Positions 29,992-40,164 are shown, counted from the first letter of the stretch. The stretch is 64,000 nt of DNA from Candidatus Eiseniibacteriota bacterium (GCA_963792585.1 CAWBWI010000006.1:448001-512000), one strand, 5' to 3'. Translations and numbers: made by a program. Notes: generated by a model not told the origin, from the sequence alone.

Positions 29992-30561
29992 CTACCCGCC
30001 GCAGCGGGCCGAGCCGACGACCGAACGGGGCGCGGGCGGCGACCCTACGGAGAGCACAAGGGCCGCCGGATGGCCGCAATCGTGCATGTGCACGCGATAA
30101 GCTGTGAGGTTCGCGAAGGGGACGCTGCAGTACGGGTCGTAATAGACGCTCCCGCGCGGCGGGCACTCGGCGTAGCGCGCCTCGATCCGCAGGTTCGGGA
30201 CATAGAGGCCGAGCGAGGCGCTCCAGTGGAACCGATCCGTTCCCAGGGAGATCATCGGAGAGCCAGTGAATCCGGGAACGACCGCGCAGTGCGGCGCGAC
30301 GCCCGCGGGCACGGCGACGCGATGAATCCGATGGCGGCGGCGCTCCTGTCGGTACTCCCTGCGCCTTTCCCGGCGATCCTCCCGGCGGAGCTGGCGGCGA
30401 TCCTGCCTGCGCTCCTGCCGAAGTTCGCGGCGATCTTCGCGCCGATCCCGGCGATCGCCTCGGTGCGCATTCGCGTCGACGGCGCTTGCGCCCGCGAATC
30501 CGATGACCAGGGCCGTGATGATGGTCAACCGGCGCGTCCAAGCTGCATGGGCGATTGTCAT
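29992..30561 (-). CDS. Secreted hypothetical protein, R/D/E-rich segment and C2H2-like zinc-finger motif
   Basis: GGAGG SD, signal peptide, DRRDRREDRR.. repeats, YYDPYCxxxFxxxxxYxxHxxxxxH. Confidence 0.7.
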   Translation of the reverse strand: MTIAHAAWTRRLTIITALVIGFAGASAVDANAHRGDRRDRREDRRELRQERRQDRRQLRREDRRERRREYRQERRRHRIHRVAVPAGVAPHCAVVPGFTGSPMISLGTDRFHWSASLGLYVPNLRIEARYAECPPRGSVYYDPYCSVPFANLTAYRVHMHDCGHPAALVLSVGSPPAPRSVVGSARCGG

Positions 30562-30655
30562 CGTTTCCTCCCGGCCCTGCGTCGGGCCAAGCCCCTTGCC
30601 GCGTTTCTACAGCGGAGCGGGCCGCCGGTTCCCCGCCGCGCGGGCGGATTGGGGA

Positions 30656-31831
30656 CTAGAATCCGTCCGCCATCCAGGGCTGGGGGCCCGAGAAGATCCG
30701 CGCGGCCGTCGCGAGGGTCGTCGGATCCCCCTCGATCCAGCCGATACGGGCGAGTTCCTGCGGCACGAGCATCGATGAATAGAGCGGCGCCAAACCGCGG
30801 ACGCCGCAGCGCAGATCGCCCCGGCCGCCCCGAGTCACCTTTCCCGACCCATCCGCGACGTGGAGAATGAAACGCCCGGCGTTGCCCTGCAGGAGATCAT
30901 CCGCAACCTCGAGGTGCAGGTCCGCGGCGACCCCTTCGGGATATCCTCGCTGCTCGAGCGCGGCGGGGACGTCGACGATGCGCAGCATCCACCGCTCGCT
31001 TCCCCTGTGCTGAAACCGCTGCTCCTCGGGCGAGCAGAGGAGGGGGTCGACCGGGGGCCCTTTCCAGATCACGTCCTGCACGAGCGATCGGTGGTCCGCA
31101 ACCAGGGTCTGAAGCCGCGCAAAGGCGGCGGGCGTCCGCGCCACCCAATCACGGATGCGCATGTCATGACCGTGATCGCGTCGCTGTTGCACATAGACCA
31201 GATACCCGACAGGGTCGTCCGCGCTGCCGATCCGGTAGCCGAAGACCTGACTGTCGTCGGCCCGCACGGCCCGTTCCCAGATGGCCCGGTTGCGCGCGAG
31301 GCACCCGTTCATCGGCTTGACCCAGTCCTCGTAGAGTTCGTGGAACACCTCGTGCTTCGACGCGTCGATCGGCTCGACCGGCAGCGACCGATCCCCTCGC
31401 GCGAAAGCGGCGGCCGGCATCGAGTACAGGCAGAAGCAGCCCGCCTGCTCGTAGCCGACCGTCCGATAGAGGTGCTGCGTCGAGGCGTAGAGGGCCGATA
31501 GGGGAACCTCCTGCTCGCGCAGTTCCTCGAGAGTCCTCGCCATCAGCGTCTGGGCCACACCGCGTCCCCGCTCTTCGGGGGGGACGCCGACCGCGGCGAT
31601 TCCGCCCATAGGAATCGCCCGTCCACCGAACCACTGCCCCATGAAGAGGATCACGAGCCCGCCGACGACACGGCCGTCCCTGCGAACGGCGCGGAAGCTC
31701 TCCGGTCCCGTGAGTTCCAGGTAGGCCTGCCACTTCGCCGGCGGGAAATCGAAACACTGGGTCAGGATATCGCGCAGCGGGGCCTCTTCCGTCTCGAGGA
31801 CGAGAGGACCGTACTCGATCGCGGGATCCAT
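30656..31831 (-). CDS. eis: Eis-family GNAT acetyltransferase with C-terminal SCP2 domain
   Basis: GIAAVGVPPEERGRGVA, SALYAS...LY...GYE, WMLRIVDV..AL..RGY, C-terminal DGF. Confidence 0.85.
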   Translation of the reverse strand: MDPAIEYGPLVLETEEAPLRDILTQCFDFPPAKWQAYLELTGPESFRAVRRDGRVVGGLVILFMGQWFGGRAIPMGGIAAVGVPPEERGRGVAQTLMARTLEELREQEVPLSALYASTQHLYRTVGYEQAGCFCLYSMPAAAFARGDRSLPVEPIDASKHEVFHELYEDWVKPMNGCLARNRAIWERAVRADDSQVFGYRIGSADDPVGYLVYVQQRRDHGHDMRIRDWVARTPAAFARLQTLVADHRSLVQDVIWKGPPVDPLLCSPEEQRFQHRGSERWMLRIVDVPAALEQRGYPEGVAADLHLEVADDLLQGNAGRFILHVADGSGKVTRGGRGDLRCGVRGLAPLYSSMLVPQELARIGWIEGDPTTLATAARIFSGPQPWMADGF

Positions 31832-31843
31832 CGGATGCCTCCT

Positions 31844-32491
31844 CTACTCGGACTTCCGCTCTGCGGCGACGGCATGGCCGCGTCGCGCGCGAAGCCACTC
31901 GATCACCGGCGGCATGAACGACGCCAGAATGACGACACCGATCACGATGTGAATGTGCTTGTCGAGGTTCGGCACCAGGCGGGCCGAGCCGTAGCCGACG
32001 AGGACCATCGAGACGGGCCAGAACGTCCCGCCGAATACGTCGAACTTCGCGAAGCGCTTGTAGCCCATCGACGCCGCCCCCGCGACCGTGGGAGCGAACG
32101 TGCGGATGATCGGGATGAAGCGCGCGAAGATGATCGTCTTTCCGCCATACTTTTCGTAGAAGGCGTGGGCGCGCAACAGGTGGGAGCGTTTGAAGAACCG
32201 CGAGTTGGGTCGCGCGTAGAGCGCCGCTCCCGCCTTCTTTCCGATCATGTAGCCGGTCGCATTTCCCGCGATCGCCGCGATCGGCAGAACGATCAGCAGC
32301 GCCGCGAGGCTCAGATCTCCGTTCGCCGCGAAGACCCCGGCGGTGACCAGGAGCGAGTCCCCCGGAAGGAAGAACCCGAGCAGGAGACCGGTCTCCGCGT
32401 AGATGATCGCCGCGATCCCGATCACCCCGCCCCAGCGGACGATCTCCTGAAGCGACGGCAGCCAGGGAACGTAGTGTTGTAGGAACTCCAA
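31844..32491 (-). CDS. DedA/VTT family membrane protein
   Basis: AETGLLLGFFLPGDSLL, ARFIPIIRTFAP. Confidence 0.92.
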   Translation of the reverse strand: MEFLQHYVPWLPSLQEIVRWGGVIGIAAIIYAETGLLLGFFLPGDSLLVTAGVFAANGDLSLAALLIVLPIAAIAGNATGYMIGKKAGAALYARPNSRFFKRSHLLRAHAFYEKYGGKTIIFARFIPIIRTFAPTVAGAASMGYKRFAKFDVFGGTFWPVSMVLVGYGSARLVPNLDKHIHIVIGVVILASFMPPVIEWLRARRGHAVAAERKSE

Positions 32492-32609
32492 ATCGATCCT
32501 CCTCGATGCGATGATATGCGCAATCCGCCGAATTGGACACCGGCAGGGGGTGCCATTTCAAGCGCCGTCTGCTAGGATGCCGGGTCGCGCTCATCGGGAG
32601 GAAGACTGC

Positions 32610-35267
32610 ATGCATTTGCACCAGGCCATCGAAGAGATCCTGCCGCTCGTCACCAAGCCGTCGAGGTACCTGGGCAACGAGTTCCACGTTGTCCGCAAGG
32701 ACCCCTCCGCGGTCGAGGTCCAGTGGCTGCTGATCCTCCCCGAGGTCTACGAGATCGGGATGAGCCACTGGGGGCTCAAGATCCTCTACGACATCCTGAA
32801 CCGGCGACCCGACACCCTGGCCGAGCGCGCCTACTGCCCCTGGATCGACATGGAAGCCCGGATGCGCAGCGCCGGGATCCCCCTCTTCAGCCTGGAGTCC
32901 CGGCGGCCCGCGCGGGAGTTCGACCTCGTCGGCTTCTCGCTGCAGTACGAGATGACGGCGACCAACATCCTGACCTGCCTCGACCTCGCCGGGATCCCGA
33001 TCTGGGCGCGCGATCGAGGGGACACAGACCCCCTCGTGATCGGGGGCGGGCCGTGCGTCAGCAACCCGGAACCGCTCGCGGAGTTCTTCGACCTCTTCCT
33101 GATCGGCGACGGCGAGGAGGCGGTGCACGCGATCACCGACGCGGTGCGCGACACGAAGGGGATGCCGCGGCTGCAACGATTGAAGAAGCTCGCCGGCGTG
33201 CCGGGCCTCTACGTGCCCGGCCTCTACGAGTCCCGGTTCGATGAAGCGGGACGTCTGATCGGCACCTTCCCCACCTGCCCCGAGGCGCCGCCGCGCGTGA
33301 AGCGGACATTCCTGACAGACCTCGAGGAAGCGCCATATCCGCTCAAGCCCCTCGTTCCGCTCCAGGAAGTCGTACAGGATCGTTTGAGCATCGAGGTCCT
33401 GCGCGGTTGCACGCAGGGATGCCGCTTCTGCCAGGCGGGTTACCTCTACCGTCCCCTACGCGAGCGGAGCCCGCAGAAGGTGCTCGAACTCGCCGAGCAG
33501 GGACTCAAGTCGACCGGATGGGACGGGATTTCCCTCGTCTCCCTGTCGACCGCCGACTACACGCAGCTCGAGCCGCTCGCCGAGGCGCTCAACAAGCGAT
33601 TCGCGGGCGACAAGATCTCGATAGCGCTCCCGTCGCTCCGGGCCGACCGCTTCGGGGTCGGGATCGCCGACAAGGTGCGCGAGGTCAAGAAGACGGGCTT
33701 CACCTTCGCGCCCGAGGCGGGGAGCGAGCGGCTGCGCCGCGCGGTCAACAAGCTCATCACGGACGAGGAGTTCTTCGCGGCGGCGCGGGTCGCCTATGAG
33801 CGAGGCTGGCGACTGATCAAGCTCTACATGATGATCGGCCTGCCGACCGAGACGATGGAGGACGTGGAGGGAATCGTTCACTTCACCGAGAAGATCCGCG
33901 AGATCGGGCGCACGTACGGCACGGCCTGCAAGGTGAACGTGAGCGTGGGACCATTCGTCCCGAAGAGCCACACCCCGTTCCAGTGGGACGCGTTCGAGGA
34001 GGTCGAATCGCAGCGCGAGAAGATCCGCTTCCTGCGCAGCCGGATTCCGAACCGCTGGTCGCGCCTGAAGTGGCACGAAGTCGAGACGAACCACATCGAG
34101 GCGGTTCTATCGCGTGGGGACCGGCGCCTGGCGCGCACGATCTACCGCGCGTGGGAGCTGGGCGGCCGTTACGACGGCTGGACGGAGCACTTCTCCCACG
34201 AGCGCTGGCTGCGCGCCCTTGACGACACCGGCTTGTCTCCAGAGATGTTCACCCGGGCGTACGACATGGCGGAACCGCTTCCGTGGGACCACATCGACAT
34301 CGGCGTCTTGAAGAAGTTCCTCGTCCGCGAGCGGCAGAAGACCGACACGATGGGTGAGACGCCCGACTGTCGCCACGGCGACTGCGTCGCGTGCGGAATC
34401 CCCGGCATGCCGACCGATACGCGCCTGACGGCCCCGCTGGATGAGGCGGCCGTGCGGGAAATGGTGGATCGCGCCGAGGAGCGATCGCCCCGCCGCTCAG
34501 AGAACGGCGTCGTCTGGCCGGTGCGGATCCGCTTTGCCAAGGAGGGGCCTGCGCGCTTCCTGAGCCATCTCGAGACGGGAACGATTCTCGAACGGGCGTT
34601 TCGCATGGCGGAGATTCCGGTCGGGCACACGCAGGGACACTCCCCACACCCGCGATTCCACTTCGGCCCGCCGCTGTCCGTCGGGATCGCGAGCACCGCC
34701 GAGTTGATCGACGTCGAACTCCAAACGCCCTGGCGTCGCGATTTCGCAGAACACCTGAACGCCGTGCTTCCCGGCGGATACCGGATCCTCGATGCGCGCG
34801 TGCTCCCCTCGCCCGACGGAGTGAAGCGCAAGAGCCTGAGCGCCGAGGCGGTTCTCGGCGCCTACGAGGGCGACCTCTCCCGGCTCGACGGGGAACGGCA
34901 GAGCAAGATCGCAGCCGACCTGGCGCGCTTCCACGCGGCCGAAGACTGGATCGTCCGCAAGTCGCAGGAGCGTGTTCCCGACGCGACGATCCCGAAGAGC
35001 TGGGAAGGGATCTTCGATCGCTTCCCCGCGCCCCCCGAGGTCAGGCCCGACCTCCGCACCGTCGACCTCAAGCTGGGCTGCATCGAGCTCGCGTGGGACG
35101 CGGAACGCGCGCTCCTTCGCATGACCCTTCGGCTGATCGATCCGGCCGGGCAGACGGCCAACCCCGCGCGCGTGCTGGCCGGAGTCTTCGGACTCGATCT
35201 CGAGCAGCAGGCCCGCTGCGCGGTCACCCGCACGGCCATCCTCCGGGAGGATGGGTCGCCGATCTAG
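32610..35267 (+). CDS. TIGR03960 B12-binding radical SAM protein fused to TIGR03936 linked domain
   Basis: KPSRYLGNE, YEIGMS, RGCTQGCRFCQAG CxxxCxxC, TFAPEAG, FVPKSHTPFQW; C-terminal RFLSHLE...G..PHP; GGAGG SD. Confidence 0.9.
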   Translation: MHLHQAIEEILPLVTKPSRYLGNEFHVVRKDPSAVEVQWLLILPEVYEIGMSHWGLKILYDILNRRPDTLAERAYCPWIDMEARMRSAGIPLFSLESRRPAREFDLVGFSLQYEMTATNILTCLDLAGIPIWARDRGDTDPLVIGGGPCVSNPEPLAEFFDLFLIGDGEEAVHAITDAVRDTKGMPRLQRLKKLAGVPGLYVPGLYESRFDEAGRLIGTFPTCPEAPPRVKRTFLTDLEEAPYPLKPLVPLQEVVQDRLSIEVLRGCTQGCRFCQAGYLYRPLRERSPQKVLELAEQGLKSTGWDGISLVSLSTADYTQLEPLAEALNKRFAGDKISIALPSLRADRFGVGIADKVREVKKTGFTFAPEAGSERLRRAVNKLITDEEFFAAARVAYERGWRLIKLYMMIGLPTETMEDVEGIVHFTEKIREIGRTYGTACKVNVSVGPFVPKSHTPFQWDAFEEVESQREKIRFLRSRIPNRWSRLKWHEVETNHIEAVLSRGDRRLARTIYRAWELGGRYDGWTEHFSHERWLRALDDTGLSPEMFTRAYDMAEPLPWDHIDIGVLKKFLVRERQKTDTMGETPDCRHGDCVACGIPGMPTDTRLTAPLDEAAVREMVDRAEERSPRRSENGVVWPVRIRFAKEGPARFLSHLETGTILERAFRMAEIPVGHTQGHSPHPRFHFGPPLSVGIASTAELIDVELQTPWRRDFAEHLNAVLPGGYRILDARVLPSPDGVKRKSLSAEAVLGAYEGDLSRLDGERQSKIAADLARFHAAEDWIVRKSQERVPDATIPKSWEGIFDRFPAPPEVRPDLRTVDLKLGCIELAWDAERALLRMTLRLIDPAGQTANPARVLAGVFGLDLEQQARCAVTRTAILREDGSPI

Positions 35268-36520
35268 GCTTGCCGCAGCGAAGGACGTAGGTGGATCGAT
35301 GCCCGACGGACCACCCGGATGACGCCTGCTCCCGAAAAGGCGAAGAGATATGCGTAGACCGGGAGCGAATAGCGGAAGATCGAGAAGAAGAGCAGGTGCG
35401 TGAAGGTGAAGTATGCCGCCATGAGGAGGAGCAGGTTCACCCCGACTCGAGGTGGATGGAAGTTTCGGACTCCAAGATATGCCAGGATTATCATCACTGC
35501 GTTGAACAAGGCAAGGAAGATACTCGCCTTCGACGGCGGACGTTCGTATCCGAGGTTCAGCCAGAGACGAGGGACTTTCTTGATGAGCAGCGCGGCGTAT
35601 CTGCCCGGATGCTCGCGGATGATCCGAATCCCGTCGCGATAGAACCAACGATCCCTTTCCATCTCGCTCAGTCCTCTGGTTGCCTCGATTGCGTAGCGGG
35701 GAGCATCCGGATCACCGAGCCCGCCAACCGCCTCACCGTCTGCGGGACCGGCGCCTCCCCAGAATGTGATCCCCCCCTGGGAGACGCCGGGGACGAACCG
35801 GTCGAACACGACCGCGTTGCGCACGATCCAGGGGGTCATGAGCAGCAAGATTATCCCGAGGTGCGCCGCCGCGTCATGCCTCCATCGGGCGTCGCGATGC
35901 CGGCCGGCGGCAACGAAAGCGAGAGGAGAAAGAGGGAGGAGATTGGGCCGGCTGAGGACCGCGATTCCCATCGCGAGTCCGCTGCCGACAAGATCGGGCC
36001 ATGACGACTTCCGAGAATGCCGCAGGAACAGGAATACCCCGGCGAGCAGGAATGCATTGATCCATGTCTCCGTCATGAGCTCGCGGGTGTTGAGAATGAA
36101 CGGCGGGTAGACTGCGTAGAGAATCGCCCCGATCGCGGCAATCAGCCTCCTTTCGAACAGGAGGAGCGCGATCCCGTAGACGAGCAGGGAGCTGAGCGCG
36201 TCAAGGAGCGCCTGGCCCACGAATGGCGCCACGGAGTCGCGGCCGAAGATCCTGTAACAGCCTGCGACGAACATGACGTACGGGGGGCCGCGCACCGCCG
36301 TTTGGTAGGGTTCCCCCGTCGCCGCCGTTCGGCAGTATCCGTTTCCCGCCGCGAGATTCGATGCAATGTCGTCGTATGAGAACTCGTCGCCCGTGTGGAC
36401 CCGAACAACTTCGGCCGAGATCCCGGCCAGTCGAATCGTTGCAGCGAGGAGGAATAGGGCGATAGGAAGTGTGCATCGCAACGGCTTCCGCGCGGCCCGA
36501 CGCGATGTCTCGCTCCCCAT
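35264..36520 (-). CDS. GT39/ArnT-like membrane glycosyltransferase
   Basis: DEFSYDDIA.NL..G.GY, R.PPY, TET, RPN, PWIVRN, RY..P; ATG 36520 after GGAGG. Confidence 0.8.
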   Translation of the reverse strand: MGSETSRRAARKPLRCTLPIALFLLAATIRLAGISAEVVRVHTGDEFSYDDIASNLAAGNGYCRTAATGEPYQTAVRGPPYVMFVAGCYRIFGRDSVAPFVGQALLDALSSLLVYGIALLLFERRLIAAIGAILYAVYPPFILNTRELMTETWINAFLLAGVFLFLRHSRKSSWPDLVGSGLAMGIAVLSRPNLLPLSPLAFVAAGRHRDARWRHDAAAHLGIILLLMTPWIVRNAVVFDRFVPGVSQGGITFWGGAGPADGEAVGGLGDPDAPRYAIEATRGLSEMERDRWFYRDGIRIIREHPGRYAALLIKKVPRLWLNLGYERPPSKASIFLALFNAVMIILAYLGVRNFHPPRVGVNLLLLMAAYFTFTHLLFFSIFRYSLPVYAYLFAFSGAGVIRVVRRASIHLRPSLRQA

Positions 36521-36858
36521 GGCCCCCTCCTTCCACGCGATCGATCTGAGAATTGGGATCAATCTACCACGCGGGAGCGGGACGGGGGCGGGGGCGCGAC
36601 GGGTGCGGGTGCGCAGGCGCTGCGGGAGCACGAGGGGAGCGGGGGCCGGCGAGGACAAGGCCGAGCGACCACCCGGACCGGCGGGAGTTGCTCCGTTTGC
36701 TCCCCGGAGCGTTTCGGCCGTCCGGCGGAGGAGCATCCAAGCCGTTCGCCCAAACTCCCCTCGGTTTCTTGTGATTCTGCCGATTCCGGTGACTCCAAGC
36801 ATCCAGAGAGGTCGCGCAGGCCCATGGACGCATCGCGCCCGGAATCAGGAGGATCCCC

Positions 36859-39075
36859 ATGAAATACCGCCGTCTCGTTCGATTCGGCGCGCTGTTGGCG
36901 TTGGCTTGCACCGCAGGACTGCCCGGCGCGGCAGGCGCCCTGACTCCCCCGCCCGTGAGTTTCATCACGACCCTCGGCTGGGAGGATGACGTGGACGTCG
37001 TCGTCGCTCCCGACGGCGAGTTCCTGGTCTTCTGTGAGGAGAAGGAGGACGGATCCCTGGCCCACCTCTGGATTCTCGATCTGGATCCCGTCACGGGCAA
37101 CGTCATCGGGAATCTCTCCATCATCGTGCCCGGATTCGAGAATGGGGTGGACCCGATCATCCTTCCCGAGCTGGAGCCGGACACCGGCTATCCCGTATTC
37201 GTGCCCGTGGAGTCGGAGAATGGGGCCTCGGCCGGCGTCCTCGTCCTCCTGCTCGATGCCGACATCAACATCCTCCAGGAGCACCAGATCATCACGGGAA
37301 GCCTCGGATTCCGGCCGGACGTGGATGGCCTCTGGACCCACTACGCGGGACCTTCCATCGCCTTCTTTCCCATGGAGAGCGAAGACCACGGCATCCGCGG
37401 CGTCCTTGCGATCGATGCCGACCCGCGACCAGGCGAGGGCGACGGCCTGTTCGGCGGGTGCACGTTGCTGGCGACCGCGCCGATCGCCGCATGCGGGGGC
37501 GCGACGGTTGTCGACTGGCTACCGGGCCTGAGCGACGCCGTGGATCCCGTCGCGTTCGAGAAGCTGAACTGCTGCGCGCGGCTGGTCCTGCCGGTCATCG
37601 AGCGCGACGGAAGCGGCGGCGATCTTCTTTTGATCGACTTCGATCCGAACGAGGAGCCGCCCACGTTCGGCGGCCTCACCAGTGTGAAAGCGGTGAACTC
37701 CGCCTCGCTGCGGCCGACGAGCTTCCCCGGCTTCGAGCGCGACGTCGACATGAGGCTGTTCCGGGGACAGTGCGGATTCGGCGATCCGAAGATCCTCGTC
37801 CCCGTGGAAGGGCCGGGAGATGAGGCCGACATCTACTTGCTCGATCAGGACGGCAACTCCGTCTGGACGTTCTCTCACGATTCCGGCCTACCGACGGCGA
37901 GGCTCTCCGGCTTCGAGCAAGGCGTGGATCTCGTGCCGATGTGCGATCTCGGCGGCGCGGACGTGCGCGTCGCCGTGCCCATGGAAAACGCGTCGGGAAC
38001 CGATGCGGATCTCCTGTTCGTCCGGCTCAGCGACGGTCACCAGATCGCGCACGCGGAGGACCCCGTCCTCAACCCGGGGCTCATCATCGCGGGCTACGAG
38101 ATCGGCGTCGATCCGGTCCTCTGGACGAACCTCCTGATGGTCGTACCCGTCGAGGGACCGGCGACCCCGCCCGGGTTGGTCGTCTTGACCATGGATGGAC
38201 AACGTCTGAGTGCCGTCTTCGGCGGGGCCGTCCTGGGATTCAAGCGGTCCGTCGATCTGATCGTCGACAACGCGGCAGCGCCCCACGTCCTCTATGTCCC
38301 CGTCGCCAGGGACGACGGGTCGGACGCGAACGTCCTCATCGGCAACGCGCCGCCCGCCTTGGGCGGCGTCGCTCTCGAAAACGTCAATGCCGGCGAGGTG
38401 ATGGCCGATTTCGAGTGGGATGTCGACATGGGCCTCGTCGACAAGCTGGCGCCCGGAGGAGCGTTCCTGTACCTGCCGGAAGAGGACCCCGCAGGATTGA
38501 ACGCGCGGCTGCGCATTCAGGAGGTGCCGACGAATGCGCGGCTGGCGATCGCAACGCGCGCGGCCCACGGCCAACCGGCGAGTCTCTACTTCGTCGGGAG
38601 CAATCCGCTCGGCACGATTTTGTCGAAGACGACGGACCTCCTGGGCCTCGAAACCGGCCTCGACATGGCATGCGGTCGCGGACAGATTTCCCATGACTGG
38701 GAACCGAACGTGGAGCCGACCTCGGGGCAGGATGGAGACAGCGATCCCACACTGGCGTGGCTCGCCGAGGCGACTTCCGGAGTCCTGCCGGGCGAAGGGA
38801 GCATGCGCGTGGGTCTGAGCTACACCAACCCGTTCGTCCCTCCGGCCAAGATCGGCTACGTGTTGCCTCGGCCGGGGGATGTCCGGGTCGATGTACTGGA
38901 CGCCACGGGAAGACGGGTCCGCCGGCTGGTGGATCGTCGCGAGGATGCCGGAGCCCACCTTCTCACATGGGACGGTCGCGATGATGGAGGGGCGCGCGTG
39001 GCGAGTGGCGTTTACTTCGTGATGGTGAGCGGTTCGTTGGGCAGATTCCCGGGCAAGCTGCTCATCGTACGGTGA
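36859..39075 (+). CDS. Secreted repeat protein with C-terminal FlgD-Ig-like domain
   Basis: AGGAGG SD, signal peptide, about 10 G(F/Y)ExxVD repeats, C-terminal NPF...DATGRRVRRL...WDGRDDGG...SGVYF. Confidence 0.8.
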   Translation: MKYRRLVRFGALLALACTAGLPGAAGALTPPPVSFITTLGWEDDVDVVVAPDGEFLVFCEEKEDGSLAHLWILDLDPVTGNVIGNLSIIVPGFENGVDPIILPELEPDTGYPVFVPVESENGASAGVLVLLLDADINILQEHQIITGSLGFRPDVDGLWTHYAGPSIAFFPMESEDHGIRGVLAIDADPRPGEGDGLFGGCTLLATAPIAACGGATVVDWLPGLSDAVDPVAFEKLNCCARLVLPVIERDGSGGDLLLIDFDPNEEPPTFGGLTSVKAVNSASLRPTSFPGFERDVDMRLFRGQCGFGDPKILVPVEGPGDEADIYLLDQDGNSVWTFSHDSGLPTARLSGFEQGVDLVPMCDLGGADVRVAVPMENASGTDADLLFVRLSDGHQIAHAEDPVLNPGLIIAGYEIGVDPVLWTNLLMVVPVEGPATPPGLVVLTMDGQRLSAVFGGAVLGFKRSVDLIVDNAAAPHVLYVPVARDDGSDANVLIGNAPPALGGVALENVNAGEVMADFEWDVDMGLVDKLAPGGAFLYLPEEDPAGLNARLRIQEVPTNARLAIATRAAHGQPASLYFVGSNPLGTILSKTTDLLGLETGLDMACGRGQISHDWEPNVEPTSGQDGDSDPTLAWLAEATSGVLPGEGSMRVGLSYTNPFVPPAKIGYVLPRPGDVRVDVLDATGRRVRRLVDRREDAGAHLLTWDGRDDGGARVASGVYFVMVSGSLGRFPGKLLIVR

Positions 39076-39120
39076 GCGGATCGGCTATTGGGGCGTGGGC
39101 GTGTATCCGCCGGATCTTCT

Positions 39121-39195
39121 CGGGCGTCGCGTCCGGCGGGTGCCTCCAGTCGGCGCATAGCGCAGCTCCTTGCGGCATCCGCCTTCGCTCGCCCG
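39121..39195 (-). repeat. ~75-bp structured REP-like repeat, isolated copy A
   Basis: Reverse complement of the unit arrayed at 45882-46262; stem GGCGGGTGCC/GGCATCCGCC. Confidence 0.85.
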
Positions 39196-39254
39196 TGGGC
39201 CGCGGCAGTCGATCCGGAGCGAGCATCGTGTCCGGCGTGCCCAAGCCGTGAGGA

Positions 39255-39971
39255 TTATCGATAGAGCGACCTGATCTCACCCCACGTGGTCGCCTTCGTG
39301 GCAGTGACGCCGCACTCGAACTCCTGCCCGAAGTCGTATGCCGTGCCGAACACCAAGTTGATCGGCGTCCAATCGGGAAACTCGAAGAAGGCGCTTTTGA
39401 AGGCCGACTCGCAGTCGGTGATGGAGACCGTCGACATTCTCCCACCTTGCCCGGGAAATGGATGATCCTGGAACTGGGCGCCGAACCAGTACCGCGTGCC
39501 CGGATTGATAGGGACACTGATATCGGCCGAGTACTTGTAGTAGGGGAAGAAACCGTTGTTCCCACACGTGAGGAACTCTTCCGTAAACTCCGTGACGGAG
39601 AGTTCGGCGATCATTGCCCCCGGCCGGCAGTTGTCATCCTCGTAGAAGCGAAGATTGAATCCGGGCGTCGGCCATTCGAGCGCGCAGCGGCTGGTGCCGT
39701 ACTCACCCCCCCACCAGGTCGCCTTGGTGATGATGTTCCCGTCCAGGACGAAGTCGTTCGCGATCTCACTTTCGAGCTCGAACAAGTTGATGATCTCGGA
39801 GGACCCAAGGATGCCATCGAGGTCCCCGGGTTCGGACCAGCAGACATCCCGGCCCCCCGGCGCCGGGTTGTGGGAGCCGCTGCCGGGTCCCGTCCAGACC
39901 GCCGGAGTATTGGCGAGAACGGATCCCGATACGCTCCCGCACATCAGAATCGCAATCGCAAAGATCTTCAT
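39255..39971 (-). CDS. Secreted hypothetical protein ending in a TWG-type C-terminal motif
   Basis: GGAGG SD, signal peptide, 'ANDF...ITKATWWGG', ends TKATTWGEIRSLYR. Confidence 0.8.
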   Translation of the reverse strand: MKIFAIAILMCGSVSGSVLANTPAVWTGPGSGSHNPAPGGRDVCWSEPGDLDGILGSSEIINLFELESEIANDFVLDGNIITKATWWGGEYGTSRCALEWPTPGFNLRFYEDDNCRPGAMIAELSVTEFTEEFLTCGNNGFFPYYKYSADISVPINPGTRYWFGAQFQDHPFPGQGGRMSTVSITDCESAFKSAFFEFPDWTPINLVFGTAYDFGQEFECGVTATKATTWGEIRSLYR

Positions 39972-40090
39972 GAAATACCTCCACGGAGGGTGCCTGAATC
40001 GTCTCGCGGCCCCCTAGCCGAGCGCATTGATTATACGCCCGTTGGAGCGCTCTCACAATCGACCACATGACGTTGACCACGGGACGTTAC

Positions 40091-40164
40091 CGGGGCTCGC
40101 ATCCGGCGGATGCCTCCAGTCGGCACATAGCGCGGCGCCTTCCGGCATCCGCCTCCGCGAGCCC
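40091..40164 (-). repeat. ~75-bp structured REP-like repeat, isolated copy B
   Basis: Same orientation as copy A; stem GGCGGATGCC/GGCATCCGCC. Confidence 0.8.

Noticed and set aside
40100..40118. glmS ribozyme-like CGGCGGATGCCTCC
   Set aside because: Part of repeat copy B; the other glmS core elements and a glmS gene are absent
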